NCBI GenBank assembly: GCA_965223845.1
Contig: CBDCXR010000004.1
Span: 4,032,001-4,096,000, forward strand
Source: Planctomycetota bacterium
GTDB lineage: Bacteria; Planctomycetota; UBA8108; SXIK01
Direction: 5' to 3'
Length of the DNA stretch: 64,000 bases
In this document: positions 27,786 through 36,400 of the stretch, in pieces
Layout of the letters: every line of letters starts with the position of its first letter
How positions within the stretch are numbered: position 1 is the stretch's first letter
Program-made: the position numbers and the translations under genes
The notes under the pieces: model-generated
The model's input: the letters and a program-made list of their open reading frames with translations, nothing else
The model's database searches: none
Told to the model about the DNA's origin: nothing

Positions 27786-30215
27786 ATGGCCCATCCCGTC
27801 CTCGCTCTTGCGTCGGACACGATCACGGTTTCTGGCGCAGCGTCGCTTCTGGTTGCGTTGATTAAGGGCGTTGTCGTCTTGCTTGGTGCAGGAACGGTCG
27901 TGCTCGCTATGCGCCACTCCTCGGCCGCCAAGCGGCACCTTGTTTGGACGGTTGGTCTGTTGAGCGTTCTGTTGTTGCCGCTTGTTTCGCTCGCCTTACC
28001 GAGCTGGAAGGTGTTGCCGGAGTGGCTGCGGGCTGAATCCATCGTGAGTGGGCTCGATGCCGATTTCGGTCAACGAGCGACTCATTCGGACCGCGATCCG
28101 GCGGGGTCGCCGGTGCGAGCGCCGGTAGTCACCGAATCCGTAGAACGCGCCCCCTCGCTGCAGCACGCAATCGTCGCCGCTAGCGAAGCGTCCCCGAGGG
28201 TCCCTCCGGACGAGGTGCGCTCTGCTTCTGCGGACGCTTGGCTCAAGACCGGTGTATGGATTTGGGCCGTCGTGGCCGCGGCACTCCTCCTGCGAATCGC
28301 GTTGAGCCGGATCGTCTTGGCGCGAGTCGCCAACACCGCTTCGCGCATCGAGGATGGACGGATCCATAACCAGATCGCGGATATCCGGCGACGATACGGC
28401 ATCCACGGCGAGGTTCACGCCTATCTGAGCGGCACGCGTGCACTGCCCATGACGTGGGGACTCTTTCGCACACACACCTTGCTCCCGGCAGGTGCAGCCG
28501 ATTGGCCCGCCGGCCGGCTCGATGCCGTCCTTCTGCATGAGCTTGCGCACGTCAAACGACGTGACACGATCACCCACGTCGCTGGGCAGGTCGCTTGTTC
28601 CCTGTACTGGGTCAACCCGTTGGTGTGGCTGGCGGCGTGGCGAATTCACGTCGAACGGGAACGCGCCTGCGACGACCTCGTCGTCTGCGACAGCATTAAA
28701 GCATCCGACTATGCAGAGCATTTGCTGCGCGTCGTCGGTAAGCGCCGCCATCACCGGGCCGCGCCGTGCTTGGCCGTGGCGATGGCAAAAACCTCCCAAC
28801 TGGAAGGACGCGTCGTGGCAATCCTCGATGAACGCCTGAACCGAAAACCTGCGACAAGAGGCTTCTTCACCACTGTGCTCGTCGCCGGCTTTATGGGCGT
28901 CATCGCCATCGCGACTCTGCGGGCTCAGAGCCCACAAAAAGGTGTGAACAAGGCGGAAGACCGCCCGAGATTCGGCGATACCATCGAACTCGTTATGAGC
29001 GACGAAACCGGCGAAACGCCCGTGATCGATTTCGACCGCGGAAAGGTCGGCACGGCACCAGCGGAGCTGAAGCGAGAAGGAGACGAAGCTGCCTTCGTCA
29101 AATGGATGGCGGCGAACGGTTACGACGCGGTCAGAGACACGAACGGCAAGACGCCGGGCGGCCTGATCGGCTTCGACATGGTCGCCCGCATTCGTGGTGA
29201 CCATGAGTGGGATGCAAAGTTCTCGCACATAACGAGAGACCTCTCTGGCGGGGATCCCGAATCACCCGTAGTGATGGCGCCTCAAGCCTTACCCGCGACT
29301 TACTTCATTCGCACACGTGAAGGGGGCACGGGGATCTTACAGTTCGTGAGGCTCGAGAGTCGGCCCAGAGGATTGCGGATTCGGGTAAAAATGCTCGGGG
29401 TCGATCCAACCGCCGCGAGGAGAGCAACGTCTGAACGAAAGGCGCCAGGGGTCATCAGACACGTCAGCGCGTTTCTCGACGCAGTGAGTTCCGGCAAACA
29501 CGCCGAAGCAGAGAATCTGGCGGGGCCTGAGTTTCTCCGCGGTGAGCTCTACGAGTTGAAGCGGATTTCGGCAGACAAGCTCACGGTGAGTCAACTGTAT
29601 GTCGATTCTGGGGACGCGCTTGCCATCACGTCCCCCTTGTCGGTAGGCGACGCGGGTGGGAAACGGGTCGGGCGTCTCGTGCTCACCTGGAGACACCGAG
29701 CAACCCGCAGAGACGAGAACGATATAGGATCAGATGGAAACGCTGACGACCCGGTTGAAGTCGCGATGTCTTGGCGACTCCGCGACGTCGACTTCGAGAG
29801 CGACGAGTCTCTGCAGCGCGAGATCGCGCGGTTCCTGAAAGACTTCCCCGATGCGGTGCGACTTGAATCTACTCCTGTGAGTTTGCGCCGATACGTCCGC
29901 CTTGTGGTTGGGCCGGACGACCAGTTGACGCTCGAGGGGCGCGCGACGACGTGGCAAGCGCTGCCGACCGCCTTGGCAAGAACGCCGCATCGCGCTTCGA
30001 CCGTGTTGGAGTTTGCCATCTCGACCGAGGCGCTCGCCGTCGCGAGACTGAAAGAGATTCAGTCTCGTGCGGCTGCATTGGCCAAGAAGCACGGATTTGA
30101 ATACTCCAGCTACGTCGGCGTCTATCCGCTAGGATCAGTCGGGTCGCCCGCAAGGGCCCGAGGTCGTTCCACCCGAGCTCCGAGATCATCTGAGCGAAAA
30201 GAGGGACAGCGCTGA
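27786..30215 (+). CDS. BlaR1-type M56 metallopeptidase antirepressor with a large non-PBP extracytoplasmic region
   Basis: SAAKRHLVW, PMTWG, VLLHELAHVKRRD, YWVNPLVW, ERERACDD, YAEHLL, LEGRVVAIL. Confidence 0.9.
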   Translation: MAHPVLALASDTITVSGAASLLVALIKGVVVLLGAGTVVLAMRHSSAAKRHLVWTVGLLSVLLLPLVSLALPSWKVLPEWLRAESIVSGLDADFGQRATHSDRDPAGSPVRAPVVTESVERAPSLQHAIVAASEASPRVPPDEVRSASADAWLKTGVWIWAVVAAALLLRIALSRIVLARVANTASRIEDGRIHNQIADIRRRYGIHGEVHAYLSGTRALPMTWGLFRTHTLLPAGAADWPAGRLDAVLLHELAHVKRRDTITHVAGQVACSLYWVNPLVWLAAWRIHVERERACDDLVVCDSIKASDYAEHLLRVVGKRRHHRAAPCLAVAMAKTSQLEGRVVAILDERLNRKPATRGFFTTVLVAGFMGVIAIATLRAQSPQKGVNKAEDRPRFGDTIELVMSDETGETPVIDFDRGKVGTAPAELKREGDEAAFVKWMAANGYDAVRDTNGKTPGGLIGFDMVARIRGDHEWDAKFSHITRDLSGGDPESPVVMAPQALPATYFIRTREGGTGILQFVRLESRPRGLRIRVKMLGVDPTAARRATSERKAPGVIRHVSAFLDAVSSGKHAEAENLAGPEFLRGELYELKRISADKLTVSQLYVDSGDALAITSPLSVGDAGGKRVGRLVLTWRHRATRRDENDIGSDGNADDPVEVAMSWRLRDVDFESDESLQREIARFLKDFPDAVRLESTPVSLRRYVRLVVGPDDQLTLEGRATTWQALPTALARTPHRASTVLEFAISTEALAVARLKEIQSRAAALAKKHGFEYSSYVGVYPLGSVGSPARARGRSTRAPRSSERKEGQR

Positions 30216-30283
30216 CGCGCCGAGTCGCGGTCGAGATCGCTCGACGGAAGACTCGCGGAGACTGAGCATTGGAGGTTCTCTCA

Positions 30284-30790
30284 ATGACCCGTTCGAACTA
30301 CGTCCGCGGCGCCTCTTTATTCGTCGTCTGCGCCTTGTCGGCGTCTTGTTGCGGGGTGGTTTCGCTTCCGTCGAATCGAGGCCAGACCGTCGCTAACCTG
30401 GGCGTGGTCGTGAAAGCGCTCAAAGATCACGAGAAGCGCACGGGCGAGTTTCCCGCGAGCCTCGAGGAGTTGCCGCTCGCGCGTGCTCAGCTCGTCGACG
30501 GAATCGGCAATACATTCCTTTACGCCCGGCCGGACCGGGAGAGCGCCGAACTGCAGACGGTGGTCGCGATGAGCGAGCCGACCGGGCACCACTTTCTCGA
30601 TTTCGAGAAGGGGTGGCACTTCGTGGTCCGCGACCCAGACGGCACGCTGCGCATTCGGTCCGCGGATGCGGCCGCGAGAAAGCGCGCCGAGGAGATGGAA
30701 CGCAAGTACGGGACCCGAATCTCGCCGCCTCCGTTACCGCAGCGGCGTCCCGATTCCGCCCCTGATTCGGAACGCACGCGTACTTCGTAG
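30284..30790 (+). CDS. Hypothetical lipoprotein with a GspG-C-terminal-like segment
   Basis: GGAGG RBS before ATG 30284; leader ending LSASC; ALKDHEKRTGEFPASLEEL...LVDGIGNTFLY resembles pseudopilin GspG-like helices. Confidence 0.55.
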   Translation: MTRSNYVRGASLFVVCALSASCCGVVSLPSNRGQTVANLGVVVKALKDHEKRTGEFPASLEELPLARAQLVDGIGNTFLYARPDRESAELQTVVAMSEPTGHHFLDFEKGWHFVVRDPDGTLRIRSADAAARKRAEEMERKYGTRISPPPLPQRRPDSAPDSERTRTS

Positions 30791-30823
30791 GGACTCTTCG
30801 CCGCGCGCCTCGAGTGCGTTCAG

Positions 30824-31501
30824 ATGCGGATTCGCAGACAAGCCGTAACGACCCTATTCGCCGCGATATCCGTCGCGGTGCTGATCACGCTCGCAGCACA
30901 GGTATTCTTCAGACCGGATCCTGTCCGAGCTTACCCGCCAGCGCCTAGCGCACGCGTCGTCTCTTTCCCGACCGACCCAATCCCACTCGGCGGCGGTGTC
31001 CTTGGAAGCCTCGGGACCCTGCACACGCGGCCGTGGAAGGAGGGTCCTGTCGCCACGGTCGGACGGTGGCAGGAAATCGGGACAGCGTGGGGGGACATCT
31101 CGGTGCCCGCAGACACACTGCTCCAGTTGAGCCTCGACTCGAACAACAACACAGACCTATCGGCGCTCGCTGGCCTCGCCCCATTCGACGTTCAGGTCCT
31201 CTCGGCGCCGGCACAAAACCGAATCACGCATACCGCGATGCCGAGTATCGGTCGATTGGCCGGACTGAGAGTACTGCACCTCGGGGGGGCCCAAATCACC
31301 GATGACAGTCTCGCCCACCTGTCCGGTCTCTCGTATTTGGAGCACCTCGACATCCAGAACTGCCCGATTTCCGACAACGCGATTCCTCACCTAGGCAAGC
31401 TCCGCTCTTTGCGATCGCTCTGGCTCTCTCGAACACGAATGACGAGACACGGAGTCGCGCGACTTCGATCTGCGCTTCCCGGATGCCAGATACGAAATTG
31501 A
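30824..31501 (+). CDS. Membrane-anchored leucine-rich-repeat protein
   Basis: N-terminal TM; LRRs LRVLHLGGAQITDDSLAHL, LEHLDIQNCPISDNAIPHL, LRSLWLSRTRMT; cap LRSALPGCQI. Confidence 0.85.
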   Translation: MRIRRQAVTTLFAAISVAVLITLAAQVFFRPDPVRAYPPAPSARVVSFPTDPIPLGGGVLGSLGTLHTRPWKEGPVATVGRWQEIGTAWGDISVPADTLLQLSLDSNNNTDLSALAGLAPFDVQVLSAPAQNRITHTAMPSIGRLAGLRVLHLGGAQITDDSLAHLSGLSYLEHLDIQNCPISDNAIPHLGKLRSLRSLWLSRTRMTRHGVARLRSALPGCQIRN

Positions 31502-31628
31502 GTCGGGATTGGACCGGGCCTCACAAGGCGGTCACCGATCGCGGTCTGCGTCATTCGCGACGATGGCAGTGGTACCGTTTCTTCCCGATGGGCTGAGTCG
31601 AATCGCGCTGGCGATTTGGCACCGGGGC

Positions 31629-31762
31629 GGCACCGGCTCACAGAACGGCCCCGCTCTTGCGCGTGGCCGATTCGGCCTGACCCCGCGAGTCCCCGTCTCC
31701 CGCTGCCCGATCGGGAACCAGAGCGGGAGAAGAAACCTGTGCGGAGACGGTAAAGAGCCTCG
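31629..31762. repeat. About 135-bp structured non-coding repeat, copy 1
   Basis: Aligns end to end with 40832-40964 in the same orientation (GGCACCG...ACGGCCCCGCTCT...CCTGACCCC...CGTCTCCCG...AAAGAGCCTCG). Confidence 0.85.
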
Positions 31763-31921
31763 CGTGAGTGCCTGAGTGTGCTGGTACCGAGCGCTCGCCT
31801 TCGACAGTGCCTCCGAACGCTAACGCTCGACCACCGTCGACAGTTTGGTCCTTTCGGCGCCAGTCGACAAAGCTCTGCCGGCCGGGATCCCGGCATCTCA
31901 GTCCATGCATCGTCTTCGCGG

Positions 31922-31954
31922 CTTGCGAGACTCGGGCGACACCCTCATGCTACC
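31922..31954 (+). promoter_or_regulatory. Putative promoter of the second RAYT-like gene (TTGCGA-N17-CATGCT)
   Basis: Same two conserved blocks as 1966-1997. Confidence 0.5.
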
Positions 31955-32011
31955 GGTCGCCCGACCGGCCGCGACCGACGTGGCCTCGCCTCTTTTGGCT
32001 AGGTACTCATC

Positions 32012-32661
32012 GTGAATCCACGAAGGATTCTCACCGGCTCGACCTATCTCGTCACGCGTCGCTGCATTCTCCGCCAGTTTCTCCTTCGCCCGGAGGAGAG
32101 GGTGAACAAGGCCGTGCTCTACTGTCTCGCCTACGCGGCGAGAGAGACCGGCCTCGCTGTGCATGCGTTTACATGCCTCTCAAATCATTACCACGTCGTG
32201 GTGACGGATCCGGAGGATGACATCCCGCGGTTTGCGCACCGCCTCAATTCTCTTCTCGCGCGGTGCCTGAACGCGATGCGGGCTCGGTTCGGATACTTCT
32301 TCGACGGCTCAAAGCCCAGCTATGTCCGGGCGATCGAGCCCGTCGACGTCGTCCACCAGCTCGTCTACACCTACTGTAATCCGGTGTCGTCCGGCCTCGT
32401 ACCCGAGGCGAAAGAGTGGCCGGGGGTGCGAAGCGAGCCGAGCCAGTTCGGGACCACGATCTACGCAGAAAAGCCGGGCTGGTTCTTCTCCGACGAGATG
32501 CCGGAGGAACTTCCGCTCGAGATCACGCCGCCGCCCTGCTTTGCCGAGCGGGATCGCGAAGAGCTCGCCGGAGAGCTCGAACAGAAAGTCGCCGAGCGCG
32601 AGGCGGCCACCGCCAGAAGTGTGAGCCGATGCTCTCAGGGGCGGTTCCGGCCGCCCCGTAG
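32012..32661 (+). pseudogene. RAYT-like Y1/HUH transposase with an internal deletion and frameshift
   Basis: Homologous to 971-1888 up to EREAA (about 32607). The true C-terminus HRQKCEPMLSGAVPAAP* (cf. HLQRCEPLFSGAAVPAAP*) follows in another frame ending at 32661, so about 265 bp are missing. HUH (NHYHVV) and YTYCNP are retained. Confidence 0.85.
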
Positions 32662-32917
32662 GACGGCCAAGCCAGCTCGTTCAGGTCTCGCGCGCGCCAA
32701 GATCGGGCGGCTGGGTGGGGAACGACTGCCTTGGGTGCGACGGTTCCGGATTGAGAACTTGGCGTCCCCGGTGAACTTCTATTGATTCGGTCGTGACGGG
32801 GTGCGATGGAGGCGACGACGGGACGGCGCCGCCTTCGTGAATATAAGTTTTATTGCGTACGCATTTTCAAATGAACCCGGTCAATTCGGACGGGCACCGG
32901 GTTCCGGGACTCCGCAG

Positions 32918-33322
32918 TCAGTCACCCCAGAAGCTCGCCTCCTTGCCCCAGACTCTTCCATCCGGTCCGAAAACGATCAAACGCAACCTATAATTACTGG
33001 TGTACCCTGCAGGTCGCGTGTACGCCCACGCGGAATTGCCTCCGTGGCGCAACGCGTACGGATCAACTCGTTCATTCAGGGGCGAACCGAGCAATGCTCG
33101 CACTTCGGCTTTCGACATTCCGATTCGCACGCGCAAGAAATCGTAGTTGGAATATCCCGACGCGTAGACTGTGTCCTCACCGAAAACGAAAATCTGGAAG
33201 GATTCTGAGAGCCCTCCAGGGTTGCGAGATCGCAAAAGAGCGCTGAACATTATCGCAGTCACGACAACTAGAACTAGAACTCGAAGTATTGTCCGCCGAA
33301 ACGTTTTGTTATTTCTGTCCAT
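32918..33322 (-). CDS. SmpA/OmlA (BamE)-like single-TM protein, candidate RHS immunity or partner
   Basis: TM ILRVLVLVVVTAIMFSALL; FLRVRIGMSKAEVRALLGSP...WAY...LIVF; lower GC; directly downstream of the RHS gene. Confidence 0.7.
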   Translation of the reverse strand: MDRNNKTFRRTILRVLVLVVVTAIMFSALLRSRNPGGLSESFQIFVFGEDTVYASGYSNYDFLRVRIGMSKAEVRALLGSPLNERVDPYALRHGGNSAWAYTRPAGYTSNYRLRLIVFGPDGRVWGKEASFWGD

Positions 33323-33449
33323 AGCAATTTCGTTGGCCGCTTGTGGCGTCCGCCGGGATCCCACAAGCGTGGGGAGCACTTCTGCCGAACGACTCGGAAC
33401 GATTTTCTTACGGCAAGTTCAGCGTTCGACTGTTGCGCAACAATAACCG

Positions 33450-36400
33450 TCATCGGCAGCCTGCTTGACAGCCCGGAAAGTGCTCTCCAGAGCCCTCAGC
33501 TTGGCATTCTGGCGTGCACCACCAAGTCGGCCCCTCGTCCTCGTCCACTTCCTCCTCCGATTTAGGCCGTAGTGTCCACGGATCTACCCACTGCCCCCCC
33601 CAAATCATGCCTACGTCCCCCTGAAACGTAATGCAGTCATAGGAAATCTCGTCGCTTTCGAGACAACCCGTACAACCACCTCGTACTTTGTACCATTGCT
33701 TTGGTTCCGGCGGGGAATATCCGACGTCGTAGAATGCGTCGCAATCTCTACATTCATATGGAAAAAGGTCGACGATTTCAGAGTCTTCCGTCACGATTTG
33801 AACGACAGATTCGGTACAATTGCAACAGTTGCCAATGGCTGAATTCGTCGCGACCTCGCAACAGCGGTGGAATCTGTAAAATGTTGAATTCGTTTCGAAA
33901 TCCCACGGGACTGGCTCTATCCGAGGACCGGTGTAGCCCTCACCTTCGTAGGCTGCAAGTATTGGCGAACTTTCCGGTTCGACAACTGACCTCGGATCGC
34001 CCGCTCGGTAGACGTAAAGATTGCCCGCATCAAGATTGCCCGCATCGCCCTGGCCGATCGAATCTCGAGTCAAGAACCGCCCGAACTCCGGATCTTGCCA
34101 CCGCGCCCGGAAATCGAAAAACCCAACGTCGTTGTGAAATTGGCGACCACTGAACAAATGCCGATCTGTGCTCAGCGTGGCCGAGCTCCAATTCAGGTCA
34201 AACTGCTGCGGTTCACCGTAACCGTCGTACACCTGCCGCGCATTCACCGAGTTGCTCGAGTCGAACCGAGTGACCACGTTAAAGTTACGATCCGCCGCCT
34301 GGAACTCCCAGTAGCTCGTCCCCGTGCCTGTGCCACGCATCGTGACTTCATCGACATACTGAGTTCCCCAAGTGGTCCATGCAATAAGAGAATCATCCGA
34401 ATCGTCAACTTCCTCGACCACCTGACTCTCGAGTGAGAAGTAGTACTTGGTATCCGCAAGAGTCGGAGAATCCGTGCGCCGAACCTTCTGCCCGAGCCCG
34501 TTGTACTCGATCGTCGCAATAACGACGGGGGTACCCGTCGCATCCTCGACCTCAACAAGGCGCCCCCACGCGTCGTAGGTGAGATTCTTGACGTCACCCA
34601 CATCCCGCTGAGTGAGCGACCCGTTGGCACCATATCCTTGAGTCACGCTGTCGATCGTCGCGTACTCGTTCGAGACGTTCGGCGCGGGATCCACACTGTC
34701 AGGACACACACTCGTCAGATGCGTACCATCCTCGTAAAGGTCCCAATTCCCCGCGTGACTGAGCGTCCAGCACTCGGTGTGCTCGTAGTCGTACATGTAG
34801 GTGCCGTACCGACCCCGCTTCCGATCCGTGAGCCTGCCCAGGTCATCGTAATCATAGGATTCGTTGAATATGTAATAGCCACTAACATTCCCGACCTCAT
34901 CCTCACGAAGCGTCACTTGCCCCCGGGCATTGTATGTATACACATAGTGATTAATCAGAGTATCCGGATTCGTCGAAGTGTCCTTAACCTTCAAATCATC
35001 GATCCGCCCAAACCGATCCAGCCCCAGATAATCGTCGTTGTTGTCCGAATCCGTACCAACGAGCGTCCAGATCACGTCCGACGACCCATACTCCCGCTCG
35101 ACAAGCCGCCCCATCCCCAGATACTCGTCCTGAAAGATCCAATTCGTCCCCTGCTTCCGTCCGCTCAACCGGCTGATCGTGTCGTCCGTGCCGGAGTCGT
35201 AAACCTCCGTAACGACCGTCCCCCCGGGGTAAGTGAACGACGTCCGCCGAAGCCCTGTCGTCCCGTCGGTCGGAAAGCTGTACGCGTAGTCGACGGACTC
35301 CGAACTACCGGTGACCGCCCCATCCCACTCCTGGAAGATCTCCTCAACGACACCGAACTTCCCGTACTCGTACTCGACCTCGTTGACCACGTTCCCGAAC
35401 CCAACCAAGTGGCTGTCGTACGTCGTGATGTGCGTCGGCCGATCGAGCTTATCGTAGACGATCGCGACCCGCCGCACCGCCCCGTCGATCCCAGTTCCGA
35501 GCACCCCCGCGATGTCGTGCTCCATGCGCCCGCGTCCATCGTAGCGGTAAGCGTGAACTGTGTCGTTCTGATCCTCCGTCCAGATCACGTCACCCTGCGC
35601 GTTGTACGCATAGTCCGTCTCGTCAGTATCACCCACCCCCGCCGGATGCTTCACCGTCTTCACGAGATCATTTGACGCGAGCCGCGAGTCGGGAGTCGAG
35701 CCGATGACAACGCCGTAGACGTACTCGGTCACTTGATCCGAGCTACCGGCCGGAGCCTTCAGCGTGATCTTGTGAAGCTGCCCGTCGGCGTTGTAGGTGC
35801 GCTCGACCGTGCGGTCGTTGTCCGTCCCGGGCGTGCCGTCGACGTAATTGTCGATCGTCTTGTGGACAGCACCCCAGTCCTTGTACTCGGTGCGCTGATC
35901 GATGCCCGCGGGGTCGGTCATCGTCTCGGCCTGGCTCTTGATCGTGTACGCCCACTCGGTGAGGAGCTTCGTGCTCGACGAAGAGGGGACACCACTCGGA
36001 CGGGTCGTGAGATCCGTGCCGCCGTTTGTACCGTAGTTGATCGTAGCTACTCGGCGATGCAGCTCATCGTACCAAATGCCGGTGTACTGGGCGCGTCCGT
36101 TTCCACTTGATCCGACCGTGAGCGCGCCGGTACCCGTGGCGTCGTGGTTGCGTTCGTAGGTGCCGATGAGAACCGGCGTGCCCCCGTCGTCGTACTCGGT
36201 GCGAGTCTCCGTCACTACGGTGTCGCCGGAGATCGTCAGAGCGTCCGCGTACGAGGATTCATCCGTGTCGTAGCCGACGGACTTCCGCGTCGCTCTTCCG
36301 GCGCCGTCATACTCCGTCTTGTTGAAGACTTTGCCCTGGCTGAGCGACTTGACCTCCAACCCCCGCTTGTCGCGCCAGGTCTCGACGTTCGTGTAGTCGG

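Noticed and set aside
32662-32785. C-terminal extension of the 257-aa transposase ORF
   Set aside because: Read-through after a deletion frameshift; the homologous C-terminus ends at 32661 in another frame.
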